This document shows, in pieces, positions 8,514-19,082 of a stretch of DNA of 37,775 bases (the stretch's first letter is position 1; each line of letters starts with the position of its first letter). This stretch comes from Myxococcota bacterium (GTDB lineage Bacteria > Myxococcota_A > UBA9160 > PR03), in contig JBFIML010000043.1 of the NCBI GenBank assembly GCA_041611735.1, positions 1 through 37,775 on the forward strand. Reading direction: 5' to 3'. Below the pieces are notes generated by a model. That model was not told where the DNA came from and did no database searches. It saw only the letters and a list, made by a program, of their open reading frames with translations. A program made the translations under genes and the position numbers.

Positions 8514-10375
8514 GCGATCTGCTCCGCGCTGGGGCCGGGGCCCTGCTGGGGCTGCTGCTGGCCGGCTGCGGGGGGCGGCCCCCGGAGCCGCCCCGCTTCG
8601 AGCCGCGTCCCCTGGAGCTCACCACCTACTCGCTCTTCGACCTCGGCGTCGCCGACGTGGACGAAGACGGTGTCCTGGATCTCTACACGTCCAACCACAA
8701 CGGGCGCTCCGGGGTCTTCCTGGGCGACGGACGCGGCGGCTTCGGCGACAACCGGCTCTCGGCGCTGGGCCTGGACCAGGACCCGGAGTTTCCGGGTCTC
8801 GACGACGACCGCTCGAAGCCGCCGGAGCTCGATCCCGGCCTGAGCATCTACTGGCAGCTCGGGCGGCTCGTCCTCCTGGCTCGGGGACTCGATCGCATGG
8901 GACCCGTCGCGGGTCGCATCACCCTGAGCTCGGCGGTCCGCGTCCAGGCGGAGGGGCTCGAGTTCGAGAAGACCGAGGTCGCCCTGGCCTCGGACCTGGC
9001 ACGGACGACCCTGGAGTTCCGCACCCCGCCGGGCGTGCAGCAGGGCCGCCTGGCCCTGCGGCCTGCTTTCGTCGCGGTCCCGGTGACCTTCGCCCTCGAG
9101 CCGGGCGTCCAGCTCGAGCAGGTGGCCGTGGGGGCCCAGGGCGTGCGGCCCCGGAGCCACCGGTTCGTGCTCGCCCTCCGCGATCGCCACGGCCTGGCCT
9201 GGGCGGACTTCGACGGGGACGGGCAGCAGGACGTCTTCATCACGCGGGGCGGCTTGAAGGGCCAGATGAAGCGCTTTCCCGAGACCTTCTCGGACGAGCT
9301 CCTGTGCCGCCGCGACGCCGTCTTCGCCGACTGCCTGGCGGGTACCGGCATCGAGAAGAACGCCACGCGGGCGCGCGCCCCGAGCTGGGTGGACTACGAC
9401 GGCGACGGGCGCCTCGACCTGCACGTGCGGGGCTGGGCGTCCCCGGACCGGCTCTATCACCGTCTGCCCGACGGCACCTTCGTGGACGTGGCCCCCGACC
9501 TCGACCTCGACGAGGTGTGGACCGGCTCCTCCGTCTGGCTCGACGTGGACGATGACGGGGATCTCGACCTGCTGCTGCAGGTCCACGCGGCGCTTCAGCT
9601 CTACGAGCGGCGCGACGACGGCTTCGAGAAGCACGGGCTCGGTCCCGTGGAGGGCCCCGTCGGCCAGCTCTCGATCAGCGACTACGACCGGGACGGCGAC
9701 CTGGACCTCTTCCGGGCCGGCCAGGAGAACGTCCTGCTCGTGAACCAGGGCGGTCGTCTGGAGCGCGTGGATCCGACGAGCCTGGGCCTCCCGGCGGCGA
9801 GCGCGACCGGTCAGTTCGTGGACCACGACAACGACGGCCTGCCGGACCTGCACCTCGTGCCGGGAGGGATCTACCGGCAGCAGGCGGACGGGACCTTCCA
9901 GGCCACCCCTCTGCTGGCCGATGCGGCTCCCGAAGCCACCGAGGAAGCGAAGCTGGCCTGGTTCGACGCCAACAACGACGGGTCCATGGACGTGCTGGTC
10001 GCCTACCGGGAGCCGCCCCGTCGTGGCTGGAAGACCGGCTTCTGGCTGAGTCAGGGCAGCGGGAACCACTGGCTCCAGGTGAAGCTGGTCGGGCCGCCGG
10101 GCAACCGCCCGGCGATCGGCGCCCGGGTGCGCGTCGAGAGCCGGCTCGGCACCCAGCTGCAACAGGTGGGCGGCGCCGAGTCGGCGGAGTTCTCGCAGGG
10201 GCACTACCGGCTCTACTTCGGCCTCGGCCGCCACCGCACGGTGGACGCGCTCCGGGTGGCCTGGCCGGATGGGACGTCCCAGGAGCTCCGCAAGCTGCAG
10301 GCGGACCGGCTGCACGAGATCCGCCACCCCAGGGCGGTAGAGCCGGCTCGCGCGGCCGCGAAGCCGGCGCGCTAG
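8510..10375 (+). CDS. FG-GAP/VCBS repeat lipoprotein with C-terminal ASPIC/UnbV domain (CRTAC1 family)
   Basis: GTGA overlap; LLAGC lipobox; repeated DxDxDGxxD motifs; NHWLQVKLVG..N..AIGARV...SQ....YFGLG...V.WPDG. Confidence 0.88.
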   Translation: MSDLLRAGAGALLGLLLAGCGGRPPEPPRFEPRPLELTTYSLFDLGVADVDEDGVLDLYTSNHNGRSGVFLGDGRGGFGDNRLSALGLDQDPEFPGLDDDRSKPPELDPGLSIYWQLGRLVLLARGLDRMGPVAGRITLSSAVRVQAEGLEFEKTEVALASDLARTTLEFRTPPGVQQGRLALRPAFVAVPVTFALEPGVQLEQVAVGAQGVRPRSHRFVLALRDRHGLAWADFDGDGQQDVFITRGGLKGQMKRFPETFSDELLCRRDAVFADCLAGTGIEKNATRARAPSWVDYDGDGRLDLHVRGWASPDRLYHRLPDGTFVDVAPDLDLDEVWTGSSVWLDVDDDGDLDLLLQVHAALQLYERRDDGFEKHGLGPVEGPVGQLSISDYDRDGDLDLFRAGQENVLLVNQGGRLERVDPTSLGLPAASATGQFVDHDNDGLPDLHLVPGGIYRQQADGTFQATPLLADAAPEATEEAKLAWFDANNDGSMDVLVAYREPPRRGWKTGFWLSQGSGNHWLQVKLVGPPGNRPAIGARVRVESRLGTQLQQVGGAESAEFSQGHYRLYFGLGRHRTVDALRVAWPDGTSQELRKLQADRLHEIRHPRAVEPARAAAKPAR

Positions 10376-10389
10376 GCCCGCAGCGGCAC

Positions 10390-11151
10390 ATGCCCCGCAC
10401 GCTCATCGTGGTTCCCTGCTTCAACGAGGCCCAGCGGCTCCCGACGCGCACGTTCCTGGACTTCGCCGAGCGCGCCGACGAGGTGGACTTCCTGTTCGTG
10501 AACGACGGCAGCACGGACGCGACCCTCGCCACGCTCGAGACCCTGGCGAGTCGCCGGCCGGAACGCTTCTCGGTCCTCGACCAGCAGCCGAACCGCGGCA
10601 AGGCGGAGGCCGTCCGCGTCGGCATGCGCGAGGCGTGTCGCCGGGCGCCCGCCTACGCCGGCTACTGGGACGCCGACCTGGCTACACCCCTGGAGGAGAT
10701 CCCGCGTTTCGTCGAGATCTTCGAGGCCCGACCCGCCTGCGAGATGGTCTTCGGCGCCCGTGTGCAGCTCCTGGGACGGACCATCGAGCGGAGCTCCGTG
10801 CGGCACTACGCGGGCCGGGTGTTCGCGACGGCGGCCTCCCGGGTCCTGGACCTGCCCGTCTACGACACCCAGTGCGGCGCCAAGCTCTTCCGCTGCGCCC
10901 CCCACGTCTGCGCCCTCTTCGAGGAGCCCTTCTGCTCGCGCTGGATCTTCGACGTGGAGATCATCGCCCGGCGCCGCACCGGGCGCGCCGGGGGCGGCGA
11001 CGTTCGCAACGCGATCTACGAGCTCCCGCTCCGGCAGTGGCGCGACGTGGCGGGCTCCAAGGTCGCGCCGAAGGACTTCCTCCGCGCGCTCCTCGATCTC
11101 TACCGGATCCGCCGGCGCTATTTCGGTGCGGCCCGGGCGCCCGCCGGCTGA
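10390..11151 (+). CDS. GT2 glycosyltransferase, polyprenol-phosphate hexose synthase type (ALG5/DPM-like)
   Basis: VVPCFNEA.RL, VNDGSTD, NRGKAEAVR.G, DADLATP, DTQCGAKLF, WIFDVE. Confidence 0.9.
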   Translation: MPRTLIVVPCFNEAQRLPTRTFLDFAERADEVDFLFVNDGSTDATLATLETLASRRPERFSVLDQQPNRGKAEAVRVGMREACRRAPAYAGYWDADLATPLEEIPRFVEIFEARPACEMVFGARVQLLGRTIERSSVRHYAGRVFATAASRVLDLPVYDTQCGAKLFRCAPHVCALFEEPFCSRWIFDVEIIARRRTGRAGGGDVRNAIYELPLRQWRDVAGSKVAPKDFLRALLDLYRIRRRYFGAARAPAG

Positions 11152-12665
11152 GCCACGCCCTCGAGCAGCCAGGGGCGCAGCCGCTCGAACATGCGCGACA
11201 GACGGGCCTCGGCCTCCCTCCGGCCGTCCGGCCCGCCCTCCACCGGCGTGCCCAGCCGGATCACCCGGATGCCACGCGGGCGGCGCAAGGCGGACTGGTC
11301 CAGGGCCAGGACGGCGCGCAGAGCCTCCCGCAGCCGCCCCGAGGTGCCCTGGTACCCGTGCACGGTCAGGATGCGCCGGCCTCCCGAGCGCGCCAGGACC
11401 GCCTGCCATCGGGGCGCTCCCGTACCGAGCCGGATGCCGCTCCGCTCCTCCACCTGCCAGCCCCGGCCGGGAAGCTCGTTCTTCGTCGAGAGGAGGCTGC
11501 GGTCCCGACGCCGCAGATCGTCCACCCCCACGAATACGGACACCGACTCGCCGTCCCGCTCGTAGGCGACGCTCTTGCGGCGGTCGAAGCGGACGCTCCC
11601 CAGGAAGTCCGAGTCCGGCTCCAGCGGGCGAGTCGTCCAGCCATCGATCTCGGGCGGGAGCACCACCGCCGCGAAGGACTTCGGAGGCGGTGCGCCGGCT
11701 CGCGGCGTGGCCACCGACGCCAGCGCGATTGCGGCGACCAGGGCCATCAGGCCCACGGCCGCGGCCCGCGACGGTCCCGCGGCGGAGGGCACCGGCCCGG
11801 CGCCAGTCGTCGTCGACGGGCGGGGAGGCGGCAGCATGCGCAGCAGGAGCTGGTCCACCGCGTAGATGGCCAAGGCCCCGCCCACGAAGACCACGATGCC
11901 CTGGGTCGCGTGGGGGCGAAGGGCGTCCGCCTCGGGACTCAGGATCAGCGTCAACACCCGGGCGCCGTTCAGGACGAAGGCGATGACCGGTGCCGCGGCC
12001 ACCAACAGGATCCCGTGCAGCCGACCCACTTCGAAGAAGGCCACCCAGGTGAGGGCCAGGAGGGTCAGGATCTTGATGCCGCGCAGGCCGCTACAGGTCT
12101 CGATCACCTCGAAGGAGTGGTCCGCCAGGTGGACCATGTCCCCCTCCTGCACTGCGGTGATGCCGACGCTGTCGAGCCCCATCGCCGCCAGGCGCGCAGT
12201 CACGAGCTGGAGCGAGTAGGCGAGCTCGTTGCGCAGGACGGGCGGCAGCGGGAAGGCCAGCAGCAGGAGCAGGGAAGGGAGCACCAGCGTCCCGGCCAGG
12301 GGGCGCCCGGCCCAGAGCAGCGCCGCTCCGATCCCGAGCGCCGGGAGCGAGAGCAGGGTCAGATCCGGTGCCTCCACGTGCTGGGACCAGCCGAACAGGG
12401 TCAGGCCGGCCAGCAGGAAGGGCACCGCCAGCCCCGGCGCCGGTTCCGGAGCGGCCAGGGCGGCCCGGATGCGACGGCGGCGGTGCACGAGCAGCGCGGC
12501 CACGATCCCGAACACGATCTGCGGCGCGGTCTCCGCCGTGGCGAAGAACCAGCCTTCGACGGGCGGCAGACCCTGCCAGCCCGGGCGCCAGAGCAGCAGG
12601 CTCCGGTAGGCGAAGGCGGCGGTCGCCAGCGCCAGCACGAGGAGCGCGCGGGAAGCGGTGGAGAT
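11118..12665 (-). CDS. Exosortase fused to EpsI-like C-terminal periplasmic domain
   Basis: Catalytic Cys in FEVIETCSGLR, Arg in NGARV, His in RPHATQG; ~8 TM; EpsI-like PPEIDGW...Y.RDG..V.VFVG...LPG.GW. Start uncertain: ATC 12665, GTG 12638 or GTG 12734. Confidence 0.85.
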   Translation of the reverse strand: MSTASRALLVLALATAAFAYRSLLLWRPGWQGLPPVEGWFFATAETAPQIVFGIVAALLVHRRRRIRAALAAPEPAPGLAVPFLLAGLTLFGWSQHVEAPDLTLLSLPALGIGAALLWAGRPLAGTLVLPSLLLLLAFPLPPVLRNELAYSLQLVTARLAAMGLDSVGITAVQEGDMVHLADHSFEVIETCSGLRGIKILTLLALTWVAFFEVGRLHGILLVAAAPVIAFVLNGARVLTLILSPEADALRPHATQGIVVFVGGALAIYAVDQLLLRMLPPPRPSTTTGAGPVPSAAGPSRAAAVGLMALVAAIALASVATPRAGAPPPKSFAAVVLPPEIDGWTTRPLEPDSDFLGSVRFDRRKSVAYERDGESVSVFVGVDDLRRRDRSLLSTKNELPGRGWQVEERSGIRLGTGAPRWQAVLARSGGRRILTVHGYQGTSGRLREALRAVLALDQSALRRPRGIRVIRLGTPVEGGPDGRREAEARLSRMFERLRPWLLEGVAQPAGARAAPK

Positions 12666-12678
12666 CTTCGCTCCGGTC

Positions 12679-13005
12679 CTACGGCGACGGCGGAACCGCA
12701 GGCGGCGCCGGGGTCTCCTCGGTCTCGTCCGCACCGGAATCGGGCCCCGCCGACTCGTCCACCTCCGCCCAGGCCATGGGCTTGGGCAGCGACGATCGCC
12801 AGGTCTTCCCGGTCGCCTGATCCAGGCGCAGGAGCGTCCGGGCGATGGGGATCGGCACGATCTGGTAGCGACCTTCCTTGTGCGCCCCGCCGACGGCCGT
12901 CGCCCCGCAGACCCGCGAGCCCACCCCGAAGCCCTGGGCGACCAGCACCACGAGACATGCGGCCATCACGGTCAGGACGGCCTTCAGATACCCATCGCTC
13001 GCCAT
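12679..13005 (-). CDS. Small membrane-anchored hypothetical protein
   Basis: ATG 13005 with GGAGG RBS; MASDGYLKAVLTVMAACLVVLV TM; GRYQI...RLDQATGKTW. Confidence 0.75.
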   Translation of the reverse strand: MASDGYLKAVLTVMAACLVVLVAQGFGVGSRVCGATAVGGAHKEGRYQIVPIPIARTLLRLDQATGKTWRSSLPKPMAWAEVDESAGPDSGADETEETPAPPAVPPSP

Positions 13006-13153
13006 CTTCGCCTCCCCGCTCCCGGGCCCGCACGTCGTCCGCCGCCGCACCGCCGGGATCAGCGGGCGAAGAGCTTAGTGGACCGGCTCCCGGGATGCCC
13101 CGGGGGTCGGGAGAGGGCGGACCGAGAGGCGGTGGAGGCCGGCCCCCGCTCAC

Positions 13154-14845
<1,692 letters not shown>

Positions 14846-14884
14846 GGCTCGTCTCGATCCTCCCTGAAGGGCTTTCCCATTGAA

Positions 14885-14900
14885 GGCAAGATGCGTGCCC
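14885..14900 (-). promoter_or_regulatory. sigma54 promoter for the cytochrome/beta-helix gene
   Basis: Minus strand GGGCACGCATCTTGCC: near-consensus GGCACG-N4-TTGC, ~40 bp upstream of GTG 14845. Confidence 0.8.
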
Positions 14901-14982
14901 AGCCAGTCGGCCCGCAAAGATCTGCAACTGCGCGGGATCCTTCGAATCCCGGCACGCCCAGCCCGTGACAGATGGCCCCACA

Positions 14983-15008
14983 GGAAAGCGCGTTCCGCGT
15001 ACGCGGAA
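14983..15008. promoter_or_regulatory. Putative enhancer (bEBP site), copy 2
   Basis: GGAAAGCGCGTTCCGC-GTAC-GCGGAA; includes perfect 16-bp palindrome TTCCGCGTACGCGGAA. Confidence 0.6.
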
Positions 15009-15040
15009 GTCTCTTTCTCCCGGTCCGATCCCGCCCGGCT

Positions 15041-15070
15041 TTGACGCGGCGCGTTGGTCGGACGTAGGAT
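15041..15070 (+). promoter_or_regulatory. Possible sigma70-type promoter for the 15100 gene
   Basis: TTGACG-N18-TAGGAT. Confidence 0.4.
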
Positions 15071-15099
15071 CGCGGATCACGCATCCGGGAGGTCCCGCC

Positions 15100-16317
15100 A
15101 TGAAGCCTCGTATCCGGTCCGTCGCGGGGGGCCTCGCTCTCGCGAGCGTCGCGCTCGCGGTGCCTTCCGCCGTCTCGGCCCAGGCGAGCGACGCCCCGGT
15201 CGTGGCCCTGCGCAAGGACTGCGACGCGCTGACCGATGCCTTCGAGTCCGCGCACTGTTTTTCCACCATGGCCGACCTGGTGGGCTGGATCCAGAACGTG
15301 CGGAAGCCGAACGAAGCCTCGCCCCTCACGGTTCTCGTCGGACCCGGAGAGTTCGGCCTCTTCCGCTGCAGCGCCGGAGGGGGCGTCGAGGGCTTCGTCA
15401 CGCTCCGGGGAGCCGGGCGGGAGGCGACCCGCATCGTCGATGGCTTCGTGGCCATGGAGGTGACGGGCTGCCGCAAGATGGGCTTCCAGGACCTCACCGT
15501 GGCCGGTGGCTGGGCGGGCGTCTTCTGGACCGGAGGAGGGAGCTCGAGCTGGACGAACGTGGAGGTGATCGGGGGTGATGCCCGGGCCAACGGGGGTCCG
15601 GCCGGCCCCTACGTCTTCGGCTGGTACGACTTCGATCCGGTCTGTGCGGCGGGGCGCGCGCTCCACTACTTCTTCTCGTCCAAGGTCTCGGCGCTCGGTG
15701 GCTTCGTCCAGAACCTGGGGTTCGTGGCCGAGTGCGCGGAGCACTGGTTCTACGGCGGCGAGATCCAAGCGCTCAGCGGCGACCCGGTGGGCACCCAAAA
15801 GGCCGTGGAGCTACGCCCGCGCGGCGAGCTCCGCAGCTTCGGGACCGCGATCCGCTCCGGGGTGAAGCCGGGCGCCACGGGGTCGGGCCCCGTCGTCGGC
15901 GTGGACGTGCTGCGCGATGGCACCTTCCACGCACATGGAAGCATCGTCAATACCAGCGCCGGGGGCGCCCAGGGTGATCTGGAAGCCGTGGGACTGCGGG
16001 TCGCCCCGGACGCGCAGATCGCCCATACCCCGGGCACGGCCTTCGTCGTCCGGGCGGCGGGTCAAGGGACGGCGACGCGCCTGGCCGGCCCGAGCGCCAA
16101 GGTCCAGTCACCCTTCCTGTGGCAGGCGTCCGACGCGCCCCCGGCGGTCCGCTCCCTTTCCGGGGCGGACCTCTGGGTCGAGACGGACTGCTCGGCCGAT
16201 GGAGCTTGTGATGGCGGCTTGCAACCGCATCTCATGATCTCGAGCGACCGCTGCCCGGACGGCTGGTTCGACGCCGTCACCGGGCGCTGCCGCAACGAGC
16301 CGGCGCCCGCGCCGTAG
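15100..16317 (+). CDS. Secreted Cys-rich protein with pectin-lyase-like beta-helix N-terminal region
   Basis: ATG 15100 with GGAGG RBS; signal peptide ending VSA; LTVLVGPGEF...VTLRGAGREATRI beta-helix start; Cys-rich C-terminus. Confidence 0.75.
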   Translation: MKPRIRSVAGGLALASVALAVPSAVSAQASDAPVVALRKDCDALTDAFESAHCFSTMADLVGWIQNVRKPNEASPLTVLVGPGEFGLFRCSAGGGVEGFVTLRGAGREATRIVDGFVAMEVTGCRKMGFQDLTVAGGWAGVFWTGGGSSSWTNVEVIGGDARANGGPAGPYVFGWYDFDPVCAAGRALHYFFSSKVSALGGFVQNLGFVAECAEHWFYGGEIQALSGDPVGTQKAVELRPRGELRSFGTAIRSGVKPGATGSGPVVGVDVLRDGTFHAHGSIVNTSAGGAQGDLEAVGLRVAPDAQIAHTPGTAFVVRAAGQGTATRLAGPSAKVQSPFLWQASDAPPAVRSLSGADLWVETDCSADGACDGGLQPHLMISSDRCPDGWFDAVTGRCRNEPAPAP

Positions 16318-16339
16318 CGCCGGGCCGGAGGCGGGATTC

Positions 16340-16639
16340 GTGCCCGACTGGTGGCCCAAGCTCTGCCTCTTCGTCTTCGCGACCCACATGCCCTTCTTCG
16401 CCTGGCACTACTGGCGGACGCGCCAGCTGCGCTTCGGGGCGACGACGCTCACCTTCGCGCTCCTGACGCTGACCTACGCCCTGCGCGTCTTCTCGGCCGA
16501 GCTCGTCGTGGCAGGGGTTCCCCTGTGGCGGTGGGTGCGTCTGCCCGCCTGGGCCGCCGCTGCCGTGAGCATCGGCCTGCTTGCCCGCCATCACGCCGCG
16601 AAGCTGCGCACGCGGCGGGCGGCCCATCACTCCAGGTAG
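16340..16639 (+). CDS. Small integral membrane protein (3 TM), unknown function
   Basis: GTG start after GGAGG; hydrophobic helices; GC-rich third positions. Confidence 0.7.
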   Translation: MPDWWPKLCLFVFATHMPFFAWHYWRTRQLRFGATTLTFALLTLTYALRVFSAELVVAGVPLWRWVRLPAWAAAAVSIGLLARHHAAKLRTRRAAHHSR

Positions 16640-18018
16640 CCCGCGGCCCGCAGCCTCTCCAGGAGCTCGGGATCGACGGCCGGCGCCGCCTGTGCCTTGG
16701 AGGACTTCACCTCCTCCACCAGGCGGGTGAGCGTTTCGAGACCGGGGTGGTCCCCCACGGCCAGCGGTCGCCGCTCGTCCGGGTCGCGCGCCAGGTCGTA
16801 GCGCCGGGTCTCGCCGTCCATCCAGAGGAGCTTCTCGTCGCCGAGCCAGAGCGCGGCGCTGGTCGAACCGCCGACCCGGCCGTCCGACTGGCTCGTCCAG
16901 AGGCGGTCCGGGAAGGCGACGGCGTGGGACGGCTGCGGCTCCGCAGGCCGTCGGCCCTCCCGGGCGAGGGCGAAGACCTCCAGCGCCGAGAGGCGGTCCG
17001 GCAGGGCAGGCGCCCCGTCGGAATCGAGCACCAGGAGCGGCACGCGGTTGTTCCCCTCGTACAGGTAGCGCCCGTGTCGCAGGAGGCCGTGCTCACCCAG
17101 GAACTCGCCGTGGTCCGAGGCCACGACGAGACGCATCCCGCGCCGCGTCCATCCGTACGCCTCCACCTCGGCGAGCACCGCCGCGAGCGTGCGGTCGGCG
17201 CGATGGACTGCGAAGTCGTACAGGCGCTCGACGCGCACCCGCAGGGCCGCGTCCTCCGGGGGCGTCATCTCGCCGCGCACGTAACGCTGCCAGATCCCGT
17301 TTCGATCGATCCGGCCGTCGCGCAGGGCGAAGTAGAACAGCCCAGGGCGGGTCTCCGGTAGCCAATCGATGCCCGCTGGTACGGGGCCCCAGGGATCGTG
17401 AGCGTCGGCCACGTTCACGAACAGAAAGAGCGGCCGGTCGGGTTCGAGGGAGCGCAGCACCGCGCGCAGCGGGGCGATCAGGCCGCTCCCGTACCAGGAG
17501 CCGAAGCGCGACGCGACCCGCCACACCGCGAAGCCGCGGTCGAGCCCGGTGGCCGCTGCCAGGACGGGGTTGGCGCTCACTCCCGCAGTCTGGTAGCCGC
17601 GGGCTGCCATGCTCTCCGCCAGCGTCTCGAAGCGGTCGTCGAGAGGCCGGATCGTCATGGCGCGGATCACCTCGCCCTCGCCCGCGAAGTGCGCCTCGTG
17701 GACGGCCACCGACTGGCCGGTGAAGAAGCTGGCGTGGCTCGGCAACGTCCAGCTCCCCGGTGCCACCGCGCCACAGGCCACCGCGGCCCCGGCTTCCCGC
17801 AGCCTCTCCAAGGTGGGCGTGGTGGGCCGCTCGTAGCCGCAGAGGGAGGTGCGATCGGCCCGCAGCGTGTCCATCACCACGAAGATCACGGTCTTTGCGG
17901 GCGGTTCCGCACGCAGCCACCAGCGTGCCAGTGGTTCGCGCAGGAGTACCACCGCCAGCCCGACGAGGGAGGCGCCGAGAAGGCCGGCGAGGAGGAGTGC
18001 GCGTTTCCGGGTTCTAAT
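16627..18018 (-). CDS. Membrane-anchored sulfatase-like hydrolase/transferase
   Basis: MDTLRADR, SWTLPSHAS, DAHDPW, SDHGEFLGEHG, LRAAGYLE tail. A complete N-terminal anchor needs a start at ATT 18018; the first canonical start is GTG 17952. Confidence 0.85.
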   Translation of the reverse strand: MRTRKRALLLAGLLGASLVGLAVVLLREPLARWWLRAEPPAKTVIFVVMDTLRADRTSLCGYERPTTPTLERLREAGAAVACGAVAPGSWTLPSHASFFTGQSVAVHEAHFAGEGEVIRAMTIRPLDDRFETLAESMAARGYQTAGVSANPVLAAATGLDRGFAVWRVASRFGSWYGSGLIAPLRAVLRSLEPDRPLFLFVNVADAHDPWGPVPAGIDWLPETRPGLFYFALRDGRIDRNGIWQRYVRGEMTPPEDAALRVRVERLYDFAVHRADRTLAAVLAEVEAYGWTRRGMRLVVASDHGEFLGEHGLLRHGRYLYEGNNRVPLLVLDSDGAPALPDRLSALEVFALAREGRRPAEPQPSHAVAFPDRLWTSQSDGRVGGSTSAALWLGDEKLLWMDGETRRYDLARDPDERRPLAVGDHPGLETLTRLVEEVKSSKAQAAPAVDPELLERLRAAGYLE

Positions 18019-18134
18019 CGAGAGCCCCGTTGCTTGCAGTTCCGGCGCTCAAGCGCGCGCCGGGTCGGCGACCCGCGAGGGCTTATCGGACCCTCTCAGC
18101 CACGCTTGAATGCCCGGTGGTAGCGAGCCCCGAT

Positions 18135-18169
18135 ACAGCGGCCCCGGTCGCTTCCGACCGGGGCGCTGT
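18135..18169 (-). terminator. Hairpin downstream of the 18199-18927 gene
   Basis: acagc-g-gccccggtcg-cttc-cgaccggggc-gctgt stem-loop. Confidence 0.55.
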
Positions 18170-18198
18170 CCGAGCTCCTGGTACGCGCGTGGCACGAC

Positions 18199-18927
18199 TC
18201 AGGGGACGGCCAGGTCCTTGAGCGACGCCGGGCCCCACGTCTTGAGATCGCGGGCCATGCTGCTGCCCAGATACTCAGCTGCCTTCCTGGAGGCGTCGAT
18301 GTAGGCGGTCCAATCGGCGCTCGCGTCCCGGACGGCGAGCCAGGCCTCCATCTCCGCCTCGCTCTCGTAGCCCACGGAGATCACGTGGGTCACGGGCGAG
18401 AGTCCTCCCGCCACGATGTCGGAGAGGTGCACCTGGCCCGGGAACTTCTTCCCGGTCTCGGAAGCCATGAGAGTGCCGAGCGCCGCCACGAAGGCCGCCG
18501 GATCGCTCACTGCGAAGGCGTGGGACAGCCAGACGCGATCCGTGTCGGTGATGGTCCCCCAGCTCTTCAGGGTCCGATTGAGCACCTGCGAGACCGGCTG
18601 CGAGAGATCCGTCATGCTCTTCCAAAAGACGTTCCAAGCCGGGTCCGCCTGCAGCTTCTGTACGAAGGTCTCCCGCTCGGCGGCGGACTTGTAGATCGGA
18701 ACGAAGCTGTGCGTGGCGGGATTGGCGCCGTCGGCGGTGTGGACCTGGAGATGGAGCCGGCCGGGGAACTGCTTGCCGGTGGGCGAGTTCATCAGCGTGT
18801 CGGCGGCGGCCAGCACCTTGGGTGCGTTCTGCGGCGTGGCTGCGAAGCTGATCAGGCCCCAGCTCGTCGCCGCGGCGCTGTGAGCGTAGAAGAACATGGC
18901 GATCGCAACGAGACCGATACGCTGCAT
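18199..18927 (-). CDS. Secreted protein with internal two-fold repeat (dimeric alpha/beta barrel-like)
   Basis: ATG 18927 with AAGGAGG; signal peptide ending AAA; repeats LMNSPTGKQFPGRLHL / LMASETGKKFPGQVHL and LKSWG / LKTWG. Confidence 0.8.
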   Translation of the reverse strand: MQRIGLVAIAMFFYAHSAAATSWGLISFAATPQNAPKVLAAADTLMNSPTGKQFPGRLHLQVHTADGANPATHSFVPIYKSAAERETFVQKLQADPAWNVFWKSMTDLSQPVSQVLNRTLKSWGTITDTDRVWLSHAFAVSDPAAFVAALGTLMASETGKKFPGQVHLSDIVAGGLSPVTHVISVGYESEAEMEAWLAVRDASADWTAYIDASRKAAEYLGSSMARDLKTWGPASLKDLAVP

Positions 18928-19082
18928 GGAAACCCCTCCTTGCATGCCCCCCCCTCACCCCTCCAGCGCGCCAGCATTCCACGCGCAGGAGGGAATGGAA
19001 AGGACTTTCTGCGCTGCTGGGGGATCCTCGCCCCAAGCGCGCGGCGCCACGACGACGCCCAGGGCGAGCGAGCCGAACCGGC

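Noticed and set aside
18997-19036. Possible fourth enhancer copy GGAAAGGACTTTCTGC upstream of the 18927 gene
   Set aside because: Weaker match, and I could not find a GG-N10-GC sigma54 site downstream; left out pending a PWM scan.
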